64,000 bases of DNA, taken from contig JAYPJE010000013.1 of NCBI GenBank assembly GCA_038128265.1, positions 9,077 to 73,076 on the forward strand, written 5' to 3'. A program made the position numbers and the translations under genes. Below the pieces are notes generated by a model. The model had not been told where the DNA came from, made no database searches, and saw nothing but the letters and a program-made list of their open reading frames with translations. Below, piece by piece: positions 38,082 to 48,280 of the stretch (within the stretch, counting starts at the first letter, position 1; each line of letters begins with the position of its first letter). This DNA is from Gemmatimonadota bacterium (lineage in GTDB: Bacteria; Latescibacterota; UBA2968; UBA8231).

Positions 38082-38990
38082 ATGAAGAAGCTGATTGCAC
38101 TGGCGGCCGTCGCAGCGTTGTCTGCAGCGCCCGCTTCGGCGCACGTCCCCGAGGGCCTCATCTTTGGCGCTTGGAACTGGCCGACGTCGCACCTGCCCAA
38201 CTTGGATGGTGATATTTCCGAATGGGATGTCTTGCCGGCCGAACTGTGGCTCGAGATCAATGGCGATCTGTTCGCCGTTGATGATGGTAGCGGTAAGCCC
38301 GTAGATACTTCTGACTTGTGGTTCCGCTTTGCGATGGGCTGGAACGACGAGTTGGATCGCATTTACTACGTGTACGATCGCTATGACAACGTGTGGGACC
38401 GCGACGCGGGTGGTGTTGGCTGCTGCGGTCAGGACGATAGCATCGAGGTCGGTCTCGACGCCGACCACAGCGGTGACTGGTTCTGGAGCCAGGAAGGCCA
38501 GACCGAAGAAGAAGCGCTGCGCACGCGCGGTCGTCAGGCCCAGACGGGTCACTACCGCTGGCCGGCTCTCGAGCCCTTTGGCTGGTACTGGTTCTGGATG
38601 ACCACCGCTGACTGGCACGACGAAGAGCCCCATTCCTGCTGCACCGATTCGTTCACGCTGGACGGTGTGCACGGCTCTGAGGCCACGATTCAGGCCGAGT
38701 GGTACACGGTCGCTTGGGACGATTTTAACTTTGCCGGTCCGGATCAGAGCGTCCGCCACGACTTTGTCGAAGGTGAGATCATTGGTGCCGGTCTGCAGGT
38801 CGTCGATAACGACAACGGCACCGAAGACGATCCCAAGACCTGGAAGTGGGTTTTGGGTGGCCAGTCCGATATCTTCGGCAATGCCAGCTCTTTCAGCGAT
38901 TTCATCCTCCTCCCGGTCGACTTGGCTAACCTGCCGACCGCCGTCGAGAATGATAGCTGGGGTCACATCAAGGCTTCGGTTGCCCGCTAG
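38082..38990 (+). CDS. Exported CBM9/DOMON-like protein with N-terminal His and C-terminal TAVExxSWGxIK tail
   Basis: AGGAGG RBS, signal APASA|H, PNLDGDISEWD, DSIEVGLDAD, GEIIGAGLQVVDND, ends PTAVENDSWGHIKASVAR. Confidence 0.78.
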   Translation: MKKLIALAAVAALSAAPASAHVPEGLIFGAWNWPTSHLPNLDGDISEWDVLPAELWLEINGDLFAVDDGSGKPVDTSDLWFRFAMGWNDELDRIYYVYDRYDNVWDRDAGGVGCCGQDDSIEVGLDADHSGDWFWSQEGQTEEEALRTRGRQAQTGHYRWPALEPFGWYWFWMTTADWHDEEPHSCCTDSFTLDGVHGSEATIQAEWYTVAWDDFNFAGPDQSVRHDFVEGEIIGAGLQVVDNDNGTEDDPKTWKWVLGGQSDIFGNASSFSDFILLPVDLANLPTAVENDSWGHIKASVAR

Positions 38991-39026
38991 TCTGATGTAG
39001 CGCCTATAAGTTGGTCTTAGACCACA

Positions 39027-39068
39027 TAAAAAAGAGGGGAGATCGCGGTTGATCTCCCCTCTTTTTTA
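39027..39068. terminator. Bidirectional intrinsic terminator
   Basis: TAAAAAAGAGGGGAGATC-gcggtt-GATCTCCCCTCTTTTTTA, a perfect 18-bp inverted repeat with A6/T6 tracts. Confidence 0.9.
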
Positions 39069-39132
39069 ATATATAATGTTATAGCGAATTCCGGGCTGTT
39101 ACCCTCACGCTGCTGAGCGAGGTAATCGAATC

Positions 39133-41046
39133 ATGAGAATATGGGGATGGTTTGCCATTTTCTGTCTCGCCGTCGCGCCGTCTGCCAGCGCTGTGACGAT
39201 TTATCGAATCGGCGGTGAAGATATGCCGCAGCCCGAATTGGACGTACCCTACGATTTTGTGCAGATGTCCTGGTCGGAAGTCGATCCCGCTCGCCACGGC
39301 AGTGCCTACCTTTTGCAGATTGCTCCCGATTTTATCGCGCCGCAGCAGCTCGATCCGACGGTGAACCTAACGCCGCAGCTCGAGGCGCTGGGCGGCCGCA
39401 TTCTCTCATTGACTTGGACGGGATGGGGACCGGCCTTTGGCCGCGATCTCAAGATGTTTGACGGCGATTCTGCGACGGCTTTTCTCGGAGACGGCGATTG
39501 GGGGGGGGACTACGGGGTCATACGCCAGAAGTCGATGATCTTTGATCTGGGCGGCGTCTTCCTGTTGGATCGCATTGAACTCTCGCCGCGCGATCGCTTT
39601 CTCAACGATCGCTTTATAGAGACGCTGACCATTGGTTTAAACGATGGGGATCCGCTTAAAGACGGCACGCGTGAGTTTGTATCCGGGCATAGAGACCAGT
39701 ACTTTGATTTTGATATCGCTCACCAGCTGTTTGAGAATACGGAGTCGCAGCTAAACCTGAAGCTCCCGCAGGTGCCCGTGCGCATGCTGCTATTCGAAGC
39801 GCCGGAAAATGCGCGCGGGATATGGGAGGTCGCCGAGCTCGAGCTGTACGGTATCGGTTTTGCGCCGCAGTCGAGCTATATATCCAACATAATTGATCTC
39901 GGTGCCCCGGCCAGTCTCGGCGAGGTGGTGTGGTCCGGTCGTCAGGACACCGCTTCGGAGGTCGATATTGCCATGCGCGCCGGCGACGACGAAGATCCCA
40001 ACAACTACTGGCGTTTCACCTTCAGGGGCGACGAGCGCGCGCGCTTTGATGTCAACGGGGTGCCGCTGGTGCTGAAGAGCTATAACAAGCTTGATTCGGG
40101 TGAAAAAGCCGGAGTCACTCACGATACGGAGAATTGGGATTTTTGGTCGACTCCCTACGAATTCGGTGCGCTGAGCGGCGATCTCGTAAGCAATAAACCG
40201 CGTCGTTTTGTGCAGTTCAAAGCCGATTTTACCTCGGGCTTGGCCACGGGAGGCCAGCTCGACTATCTGCAGTTCAAGGTTTCTATTCCGCCGGTGGCCA
40301 ACGAGGTGATGGCCGAGATCACGCCCAATCAGGTGCCTGCGGGAACGGTCGCTCCCTTCACGTACAAGATAAAACCCCGCCTTAAGGCCGATGATCTTGG
40401 CTTCGACAGTATTTCCATCGATACGCCGGCTCGACCCGCTAGCATCGATGCGGTGCGCGTTGGCGGCATCGATGCGCGCTTCGAGGTGGTTGCTCTGGGC
40501 GACGGTGGGTTTACCATCCGCATTCCCCGCATAGACACGGATCAGACCGGAGAGTTGATAGAAGTCGACTTTCGGGCCGAGGTGTTTAAATTCGGTACCG
40601 TGTTTTCGGGGCGCGTCTTTGACAGCGAGCGCCCGGAGGAAGTTCACCAGACGATGACGCCGGGCGATGCGGACCCCCTAGTCGACGCCGACGCGGTGCG
40701 GGTCGATTTACAGGGTCTATCGCAGCAGACCATTCAGGCCATGAGTCTGTCGTCGCCGGTGCTAACGCCCAACGGCGATGGCATTAACGACGAAGTCGAA
40801 ATAGAGTACGATTTGCTCAATTTGATAGGCACGGTGCCGGCGGTGATAGAAATCTACGACCTGGCGGGCCGGCGCCTGGCTGCCGTGTCCTCGGGAACGG
40901 CTGAGAGCGGCCGGTTTTCCATCGCATGGGATGGACGCGGTACCAGTGGAGCGGTGCTGCCGCCCGGCACGTATATCGTCCGCCTCGCAGTGGAAACAGA
41001 CGGCGGCACGGCCGTTCGCGAGCGCATTGTTTCGGTGGCGTATTGA
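39133..41046 (+). CDS. Exported discoidin-like protein with FlgD-Ig/CHU_C-like C-terminal domain (class B, copy 1)
   Basis: Signal ASA|V, MFDGDSAT..IFDLGG..WEVAELELYG, WDFWSTPY, LTPNGDGIND..WDGR..LPPGTY..VSVAY. Confidence 0.82.
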   Translation: MRIWGWFAIFCLAVAPSASAVTIYRIGGEDMPQPELDVPYDFVQMSWSEVDPARHGSAYLLQIAPDFIAPQQLDPTVNLTPQLEALGGRILSLTWTGWGPAFGRDLKMFDGDSATAFLGDGDWGGDYGVIRQKSMIFDLGGVFLLDRIELSPRDRFLNDRFIETLTIGLNDGDPLKDGTREFVSGHRDQYFDFDIAHQLFENTESQLNLKLPQVPVRMLLFEAPENARGIWEVAELELYGIGFAPQSSYISNIIDLGAPASLGEVVWSGRQDTASEVDIAMRAGDDEDPNNYWRFTFRGDERARFDVNGVPLVLKSYNKLDSGEKAGVTHDTENWDFWSTPYEFGALSGDLVSNKPRRFVQFKADFTSGLATGGQLDYLQFKVSIPPVANEVMAEITPNQVPAGTVAPFTYKIKPRLKADDLGFDSISIDTPARPASIDAVRVGGIDARFEVVALGDGGFTIRIPRIDTDQTGELIEVDFRAEVFKFGTVFSGRVFDSERPEEVHQTMTPGDADPLVDADAVRVDLQGLSQQTIQAMSLSSPVLTPNGDGINDEVEIEYDLLNLIGTVPAVIEIYDLAGRRLAAVSSGTAESGRFSIAWDGRGTSGAVLPPGTYIVRLAVETDGGTAVRERIVSVAY

Positions 41047-41084
41047 CCGATTGTGTAAACGGGTATTCCCGGATGGAGAACGCT

Positions 41085-43004
41085 ATGAATCGCTTCGGAA
41101 TGTTGGGCTGTGCACTCTTTGCGTTGGCGTTGGGATGGAGTGCGGATGCGGGTGCGCTCACGATCTTTCGCATCGGCGGTGAAAATCTACCGCGGCCTGA
41201 GGTTGGCGGTGACTTCGAGTTTGTTCAGCTCAGCTGGGGCGAGGCAGAAGAGGCGCGTCACGGCAGCTTGGAGTTGCTAGAAGTCAGTCCGGACTACATC
41301 AAACCGCGCGAACTCGATCCCAGCGTGAATCTCACACCCGCGCTCGAAAGCAACGGGGGGCAGATCTTGGCTTTGGGTTGGACGGGGTGGGAGCGCCGAC
41401 TCGAGGAGGATCTGGTCTTTTTTGACGAGGATCCCAGTACCGCCTACTTAGGCGATGGGCACTTTGCCGCCCATGCGCCGCCGCAGAAGCACTTGATCTT
41501 TGATTTCGGCGGACGCTTTCTAATTCAGCGCATTCGCTTTTTTCCGCGCGAAAAGCACGAGCACGATCGCTTCATACAAAAGTTTGTCATTGGCATTAGC
41601 GACGGGGACCCGCTCAAGGACGGTATGCGTGACCGCGACTTTGGCACCCGCGGTCACTTCGTCAACTTTGACGTCGCGCACGAAATAACCGAGAACACAG
41701 TGTCGGATATTACGCTGGAAATGCCGCCGGTGCCCATCAAGCAGATTCTGTTTCAGGGTTTTGAAAACACGCGTGGCATCTGGGAAGTCGCGGAGTTTCA
41801 GATTTTTGGTATCGGCTATGCTCCATTTGCCCACTACGTGTCCAACGTCATCGACCTCGGAAAACCGGCTAGCTTAGGTCAGTTGACCTGGCTGGGGCGC
41901 CAGGATCAGGATGCAAAAATCGATATAGCCATGCGCGCCGGTGATGATGACGATCCCAACAACTACTGGCGCTTCACATTCAGAGGCGATGAGCGCACCC
42001 GTTTCGCCACCAGCGGTCGGCCGCTCAAGCTGGCTGACTACAAGAAACTTGAATCGGGTGAGAAGGCGGGCATTACCCACGATACGGAGAATTGGGATTT
42101 TTGGTCGACGCCCTACGACTTCGAAGCAGACGGTGGCAATTTGGTCGGCAACAAACCGCATCAATTTGTGCAGTTTAAAGTCGACTTTCTCTCTGGGTTA
42201 GAGGCTAGCGGACAGCTCGACTACCTGCAGTTTTCGGTGGCGATACCGCCCATTGCCAGCGAAGCGCTGGCCGAAATCGAGCCAAACCGAGCGCCAGCGG
42301 GCGAGGTGACGTCGTTTACATACAAGATCAAGCCGAACCTCGATAGCGGCGATTTGGGATTCGATAGCATATCAATTGACACGCCAGCCCGTGCCGTTGG
42401 CGTCGATGCCGTGCGCATTGGCGGCGTCGAAGAGGAATTTGAACTCGTCGATTTAGATGATACTGGCTTTACGGTTCGCGTTCCGCCGATCAGCATCCAG
42501 CAGACGGAAGAGCTGATCGAAGTCGACTTTCGCGCCGAGGTCTTTAAGTTTGGCACCGTGTTTTCAGGTAGGGTGTTTAACAGCGAAATGGTCGATGAGG
42601 TATATCAAACGCTGACGCCGGGCAATGCCGACGACCTGTTTGACGGCGACGTGCTGCGCGTGGACTTAGCGGGACTTGAATCAAATACGATCCAAGCGAT
42701 GCACCTGTCTTCGCCGGTTTTGACTCCGAATAACGACGGCGTCAACGATCGCGTCACGATCGAGTACGATTTGCTCAACTTGGCGGGGTCTGTGCCGGCG
42801 ACCGTCGATATTTACTCGCTTTCGGGGCAGCGCCTCAGCTCGGTGCCGGTGGCCAGCGTTGCCAGCGGTCGATTTTCAACCCAATGGGACGGCCGCGATG
42901 AAGGGGGCAAGATCTTGCCCCCGGGTATGTACATTCTGCGTTTGGAAGTAGCTGCTGATCAGGGATCGGATGCCGTCGAACGCATCGTTTCGCTGGCCTA
43001 TTGA
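41085..43004 (+). CDS. Exported discoidin-like protein with FlgD-Ig/CHU_C-like C-terminal domain (class B, copy 2)
   Basis: ATG 41085 after GGAG. Collinear paralogue of 39133 (identical PNNYWRFTFRGDER and HDTENWDFWSTPY). Ends VSLAY. Confidence 0.82.
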   Translation: MNRFGMLGCALFALALGWSADAGALTIFRIGGENLPRPEVGGDFEFVQLSWGEAEEARHGSLELLEVSPDYIKPRELDPSVNLTPALESNGGQILALGWTGWERRLEEDLVFFDEDPSTAYLGDGHFAAHAPPQKHLIFDFGGRFLIQRIRFFPREKHEHDRFIQKFVIGISDGDPLKDGMRDRDFGTRGHFVNFDVAHEITENTVSDITLEMPPVPIKQILFQGFENTRGIWEVAEFQIFGIGYAPFAHYVSNVIDLGKPASLGQLTWLGRQDQDAKIDIAMRAGDDDDPNNYWRFTFRGDERTRFATSGRPLKLADYKKLESGEKAGITHDTENWDFWSTPYDFEADGGNLVGNKPHQFVQFKVDFLSGLEASGQLDYLQFSVAIPPIASEALAEIEPNRAPAGEVTSFTYKIKPNLDSGDLGFDSISIDTPARAVGVDAVRIGGVEEEFELVDLDDTGFTVRVPPISIQQTEELIEVDFRAEVFKFGTVFSGRVFNSEMVDEVYQTLTPGNADDLFDGDVLRVDLAGLESNTIQAMHLSSPVLTPNNDGVNDRVTIEYDLLNLAGSVPATVDIYSLSGQRLSSVPVASVASGRFSTQWDGRDEGGKILPPGMYILRLEVAADQGSDAVERIVSLAY

Positions 43005-43010
43005 TACGCC

Positions 43011-45611
43011 ATGAGACGGTCGCCCCGCAACGTTATACCGTGGCTGTGCTGCATTGCGCTGCTATCGATGAGTGCAGCCGAGGGGCAAGGCCATCGCATT
43101 GCGGCCAATCAGGTCGTTGTAGAGGGCAGGCATTGGAATAACTGGACCTTTCCCGCCGGCACGCTGGACATATCCAATCGGGGCGAGGTGATGCCCCGCG
43201 TTCTGCACAAAAATATCAACGCCTCGTTTGATATCCTCGATTATTTGCGCCTCCATCCGCCGCCGGCACTCGGCAGCAAAGCGCCCGAAGACATCCAATT
43301 GATCGATGCAATACAGGCGGGGTCCAATCGCGAAGGCGTAGTGCATATTCTCGACGGTGATATGTCGACCTATTGGGAGCCCGACCTGCTGCAGCCAGAC
43401 GTCGACCTCGAGTCGCAGTGGTGGTTCACTATTGATCTCGGGCGCTTTGTCTTTATTGAAAAACTGGTGCTGAAATTTGTCGACGAGGAATTGGGCGATC
43501 CGTTCCTGCTGTTTGACGTTCTCGTCTCCAACGGTCTGAATCCAGTCCGCGTTCCGGGCTCAAAATCTCCTGAGTATAAGACCGTCTTACGCAACCTACA
43601 GCCGAATAAGAGCCAACGCGTATTTGAGATTGATTTCAGCAAGGTGCCCGAAGCGCAGAGCGAAGGGGTGCGCTTTGTGCAGGTAGTCGTCAACGGCAGC
43701 GACTTGCAGCAGGGCCGTGAGGTCGATCGCGAGGTCTACGACGCGCTTGATGCGGATAGTCGGGGGGCGGTCCAGTACAACAAGAAAATGGCTGACGGGC
43801 GCGAGGTAGTAATTAAACAGAGCGTTTACGAGCAGCTCGAAGGGGAGCGACAGGGTTCCATACGCTACTTCATGCGCGAGCGTCCCCGCTTGGCGGAGCT
43901 CGAAGTATGGGCCACGGGCGATGAAATTGTCGGCGGTACGGTCGAACGCGGTGGCTTTATCACATCGACTCAGCAGATCAATACGGCGACCGTCATCGAC
44001 GGCGATATCCAGAGCTTTGGCACGGTGACGACCACCATCGCGGAGATTACCGATCCCAATGAATTGAATTTGGATATGTTTTTTGACCTGGGTTCGTTCT
44101 ATTGGATCGACACGCACCGTATCGTCTACAACCCGGGCAATGTGCACGCGCGCAGTTTCTTTGATTACCAACTAGACTTTTCCGACGGATCGCGTGCACC
44201 GGATGGCGAGCTGAGCTGGTTTACTGCGCTCTTCCGCCGGCAGGAGGCTACGCTCAAGGCCGTTATTGAAGGCAATCGCTTTGCACCGGTAAAAGCCCGT
44301 TTTTTTCGCCTGCAGGCCAAGGCGCGCAATATGCGGGGCAATGCGCTGGTACCCGTCGCGGAAATGCAGCTTTACGGCGAGGGATTTCAGCCGCGCGTCG
44401 AGTTGGAGTCGGATCTGATCCGCCTTGGCGGGAGCCGCAACCTGCTGTCGATCCGCTGGGATGCCGATACGCCACCGGGCACGAGCGTGCAGATTCAGAC
44501 GCGCACCGGTAATGAACTTGGCGAGGTGCTGCACTACTTCAAGAAAGACGGCACGGAGGTTACGGAGTCGCAGTATGGCAAGCTGCTATCGCTATTCAAG
44601 GGAGAAGTTGTTCCCGAGGAAGTGCCGGGCAACGATTGGAGCGATTGGAGCGAGCCGTATACGCTCGCGTCGGGTAGCCCGATTACCTCGCCGTCGCCGC
44701 GCGAATATCTCAAGGTGCGGGCGACGCTGGTCTCTGACGATCCAGCCGCCGCCGCCGCGCTGCGCTCTATCCGCCTCGATTTCGTCGATCCGGTAGCGCA
44801 GGGCTTGGTGGGTGAGGTCGTTCCGTTTCAGGTCGATTCGCTGGGCGTAGAGCAGCCCTTCTCGCTGTATATCCGCCCCGACTTTGTGCGCAGCGATAGC
44901 GGCTTTGACGAACTACTGCTGGTGGCGCCGTCGGATATGGCACTCGACTTTGTTGGTTTTTACGCGGGCAAAGAGGATGATTTCCTAGGTGATGGGCGCG
45001 ATATAAACGGCCTAGCGGTGGCCGATGTAGAATTGGTGACTAGCGGAGGAGACAGCCTGCAGGTGGCTTTCCCCCCGATTACCCCGGGAGACGATGTCGA
45101 TGTGTTGCGCTTGGATTTCCGCACCGCCCTTTTCTCGACGGGAGCGGTCTTGCGACCCGCGCTGCAGCAGCGTGGCAGTGCCAACAGCGCATGGCAGCGC
45201 GTCGATTCGGGTAATGCCATCGCCCTGGGTCAGGGCAATACGACCACGTTGGTAGGCGCTGTCGGTAGCAATCAGCTGATTCGCGACGTGTCGGTGAACC
45301 CCAGGGTCTTTTCTCCGAACGGCGATGGGATCAACGACGAGACGGCATTTGAATTTACCGTTGTTCGCGTGGGCGATAGCAGCCCGGCTGAGGTGATTGT
45401 CTACGATCTGAGCGGTCGTCAGGTGCGGCGCTTGGTCGAGCAGCGCTTGGTGAGCACGGGCGCGCGTGCGCTGCACTGGGATGGTCGCAGCGATGCGGGC
45501 GATATGGTAATGCCCGGCGTGTACTACGCCCGTCTACGCGTCGCCACAGAAACCGCCGGTGCGGGAATTGACAATGCCGAGGCTCTGCGGCCCATTGTCG
45601 TCGTTTACTGA
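43011..45611 (+). CDS. Exported protein with two discoidin-like domains and FlgD-Ig/CHU_C-like C-terminal domain (class C, copy 1)
   Basis: Signal AEG|Q, LDGDMSTYW..WWFTIDLG..RFVQV..LAELEVW, second domain IDGD..FFDLG..ARFFR..AEMQLYG, FSPNGDGIND..WDGR..VVVY. Confidence 0.82.
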   Translation: MRRSPRNVIPWLCCIALLSMSAAEGQGHRIAANQVVVEGRHWNNWTFPAGTLDISNRGEVMPRVLHKNINASFDILDYLRLHPPPALGSKAPEDIQLIDAIQAGSNREGVVHILDGDMSTYWEPDLLQPDVDLESQWWFTIDLGRFVFIEKLVLKFVDEELGDPFLLFDVLVSNGLNPVRVPGSKSPEYKTVLRNLQPNKSQRVFEIDFSKVPEAQSEGVRFVQVVVNGSDLQQGREVDREVYDALDADSRGAVQYNKKMADGREVVIKQSVYEQLEGERQGSIRYFMRERPRLAELEVWATGDEIVGGTVERGGFITSTQQINTATVIDGDIQSFGTVTTTIAEITDPNELNLDMFFDLGSFYWIDTHRIVYNPGNVHARSFFDYQLDFSDGSRAPDGELSWFTALFRRQEATLKAVIEGNRFAPVKARFFRLQAKARNMRGNALVPVAEMQLYGEGFQPRVELESDLIRLGGSRNLLSIRWDADTPPGTSVQIQTRTGNELGEVLHYFKKDGTEVTESQYGKLLSLFKGEVVPEEVPGNDWSDWSEPYTLASGSPITSPSPREYLKVRATLVSDDPAAAAALRSIRLDFVDPVAQGLVGEVVPFQVDSLGVEQPFSLYIRPDFVRSDSGFDELLLVAPSDMALDFVGFYAGKEDDFLGDGRDINGLAVADVELVTSGGDSLQVAFPPITPGDDVDVLRLDFRTALFSTGAVLRPALQQRGSANSAWQRVDSGNAIALGQGNTTTLVGAVGSNQLIRDVSVNPRVFSPNGDGINDETAFEFTVVRVGDSSPAEVIVYDLSGRQVRRLVEQRLVSTGARALHWDGRSDAGDMVMPGVYYARLRVATETAGAGIDNAEALRPIVVVY

Positions 45612-45646
45612 TTGGTCAGGTTAATAGAGGACCGGAGTTAATTCTT

Positions 45647-48250
45647 ATGTCATTGAGCGCTCTTTATTCAAACAGCAACCGCTTGATACCGGCGTTGTGT
45701 ATGGCCATATGGGCGATGGGTTCCGCCGATTCGGCGCGGGCTCAGGGGTACCGGTTGAGTGCGAGTCAGGTTATTGTTGAGACCCAGCGCCACTGGGAAA
45801 ACTGGGTATTTGCCCAGGGCACGCTGCAAATTGATGGAGGACAGGTGCAGCCGTCGGCCATGCGGCGCAATACCAACGCCGTATTTGATATCGTCGATTT
45901 TCTGCGGCTGAATACCCCGTCTGAAATCAAGAAAGACGCCGAAGACATCGAGCTGATTGATGCCGTTAAAGCGGGTTCGAATCGCGCCGGTGTGGTCAAT
46001 ATTATGGACGGTGATATGTCCACCTACTGGCAGCCCGATCGCGCTGAAGAAGGGAGCGACCTAGCGACGCAATGGTGGTTTGTCATCGATTTGGGCCGCT
46101 TTGTCTTTGCCAAGAAGCTTGTGCTAAAGTTCGTCGACGAAGAACTGGGCGACCCCTTCCTGCTCTTCGATGTATTGGTTTCCGATGGACTGGCACCGCC
46201 GCGCGTTCCGGGTTCAAAAGTGCCGCGCTACCAAACGGTGCTCCGGACGCTGCAAGAGAACAAAGACCAGCGCGTATTTGAAATTGACTTAGATGGGCTG
46301 AGTGACGAAGCCGAGAGCGAGGGCATTCGATATGTGCAAGTCGTCGTAAACGGCACGGATGCGGGCCGCGGACGGGAAGTCACCAAGGAAGCATACGATG
46401 GATTGCTTGCGGCCGACCGAGGTGATATCGAATACAATAAAAAGTTGATTAACGGGGGCGAAGTGCCGGTTCGGCAGGATGTTTTTGAACAGCTAGAGCT
46501 CGAGCGCCAAGGCGCCGTGCGCTACTTTCGTCAGGAGCGCCCGCGGTTGGCCGAGCTCGAAGTTTGGGGTTTGGGCGACGAAATTCTCAGCGGAACCGTT
46601 TCGCGCGGCGGCTTTATTTTTGCAACCGAGCCCAACGTGGCGCTCAGTTCATTTGTCGACGGCGACCGCGGCACGATCTCCCAGATGGTTTGGGACGCGC
46701 AGCCCGGCGCTACGCAGATCTTTGATCGCGAGCTCTTTTTCGACCTCGGTTCGTTTTATTGGATCGACACACACCGCATGGCCTACGGCGGCCTATTTCG
46801 CCGCTTTGGCGACTATCAACTACAGTTCTCCGACGGATCGCTCGCCCCGGATGGGACGTTGCAGTGGTGGACGTCTTTCGACCGTTCGCAGGCCGGGCGC
46901 GTGCGCGAAAACTTTGAAGGAAACGATTTTGATCCGATTAAAGCGCGTTTCTTTCGCATGTTTTGGAAGATAAAAGAGCGCGGTAGCAATCGCGTTGAAC
47001 TGGCAGAGATTCAGCTCTACGGCCAAGGCGTGCAGCCGCGCGTCGAATTGGAATCGGATTTGATCCGCCTGGGGGGCAGCCGCAATCTCCTGTCCATAGA
47101 GTGGGATGCCGATACGCCGCCGGGCACGAGCGTGCAGATTCAAACGCGCACGGGTAACGAACTGGGCGAAGTGCTCCACTACTTTAAAAAAGATGGCACC
47201 GAAGTGACCGAGGCGCAGTATGGAAAGCTGCTGTCGCTGTTTAGGGGTGATATTGTGCCGGAGGAAGTGCCGGGCAACGACTGGAGCGATTGGAGTGAGC
47301 CGTACGCGCTCTCGTCGGGCAGTCCAATTACGTCGCCGTCGCCGCGCGAATACCTTAAAGTGCGGGCAACGCTGGTGTCCGACGATCCAAACGTCGCGGC
47401 CACGCTGCGCTCTATTCGACTCAACTTTGTCGATCCGGTAGCACAGGGCCTAGTGGGTGAGTTGGTGCCGTTTCAGGTCGATTCGCTGGGCGTAGAACGC
47501 CCGTTTTCTCTGTATATCCGACCGGACTTTGTGCGCAACGACAGCGGCTTTGATGAACTGCTACTCGTCGCACCTTCCGACATGAGTCTGGACTTTACGG
47601 GGCTCTTTGCTGGAGCAGAGGCCGACTTTGTAGCGGGGAGCGACCTTGAAGCGATGGTTCCCGAAGGAGTGGACGTAGCCGCTAGTGGCGGCGACAGCCT
47701 GCGCGTCGCCTTTGCCCCTATTGGCCCCAACGACAATATTGACCTCTTGCGGCTCGACTTTCGCACGGCGCTTTTCTCGACGGGGGCCGTATTGAAACCT
47801 CTGCTTCAGCAGCGTGGAGCAACAAACGCTTGGCAGCGAGTGGACGCGGGTAACGCCGTCTCACTGGGAGAGGGCAATACGACGACGCTGGTCGGCGCCG
47901 TCGGTCGCAAAGAACTTATTCGCCATGCCGAAGTAGTGCCGCGCGTATTTTCACCTAATGGCGACGGCGTCAACGACGAAGCGGCCTTCGAGTTTACCGT
48001 TATTCGGGTGAGTGATAGCAGCCCAGCCGAAGTGACGGTATACGATCTGAGCGGCCGTCGGGTGCGCCATCTGGTCGAGCAGCGAGCCGTTAGCACCGGT
48101 CCGCGCTCCCTGCGTTGGGATGGTCGCGATGACGCGGGTCAACTCGTGGCGCCGGGCGTGTACTATGCGCGGTTACGTGTTGCCACGGAAACGTCGGGCG
48201 CCGGCATTGAAAGCGCCGAAGCACTGCGCGCCGTATCGGTGGCATATTAA
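45647..48250 (+). CDS. Class C paralogue, copy 2
   Basis: Collinear with 43011. Near-identical ESDLIRLGGSRNLLSI..GTSVQIQTRTGNELGE..SPSPREYLKVRATLVSDDP block. Ends VSVAY. Confidence 0.82.
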   Translation: MSLSALYSNSNRLIPALCMAIWAMGSADSARAQGYRLSASQVIVETQRHWENWVFAQGTLQIDGGQVQPSAMRRNTNAVFDIVDFLRLNTPSEIKKDAEDIELIDAVKAGSNRAGVVNIMDGDMSTYWQPDRAEEGSDLATQWWFVIDLGRFVFAKKLVLKFVDEELGDPFLLFDVLVSDGLAPPRVPGSKVPRYQTVLRTLQENKDQRVFEIDLDGLSDEAESEGIRYVQVVVNGTDAGRGREVTKEAYDGLLAADRGDIEYNKKLINGGEVPVRQDVFEQLELERQGAVRYFRQERPRLAELEVWGLGDEILSGTVSRGGFIFATEPNVALSSFVDGDRGTISQMVWDAQPGATQIFDRELFFDLGSFYWIDTHRMAYGGLFRRFGDYQLQFSDGSLAPDGTLQWWTSFDRSQAGRVRENFEGNDFDPIKARFFRMFWKIKERGSNRVELAEIQLYGQGVQPRVELESDLIRLGGSRNLLSIEWDADTPPGTSVQIQTRTGNELGEVLHYFKKDGTEVTEAQYGKLLSLFRGDIVPEEVPGNDWSDWSEPYALSSGSPITSPSPREYLKVRATLVSDDPNVAATLRSIRLNFVDPVAQGLVGELVPFQVDSLGVERPFSLYIRPDFVRNDSGFDELLLVAPSDMSLDFTGLFAGAEADFVAGSDLEAMVPEGVDVAASGGDSLRVAFAPIGPNDNIDLLRLDFRTALFSTGAVLKPLLQQRGATNAWQRVDAGNAVSLGEGNTTTLVGAVGRKELIRHAEVVPRVFSPNGDGVNDEAAFEFTVIRVSDSSPAEVTVYDLSGRRVRHLVEQRAVSTGPRSLRWDGRDDAGQLVAPGVYYARLRVATETSGAGIESAEALRAVSVAY

Positions 48251-48280
48251 ACGGTTTGGATACCCATGGGAGAAACGCAG

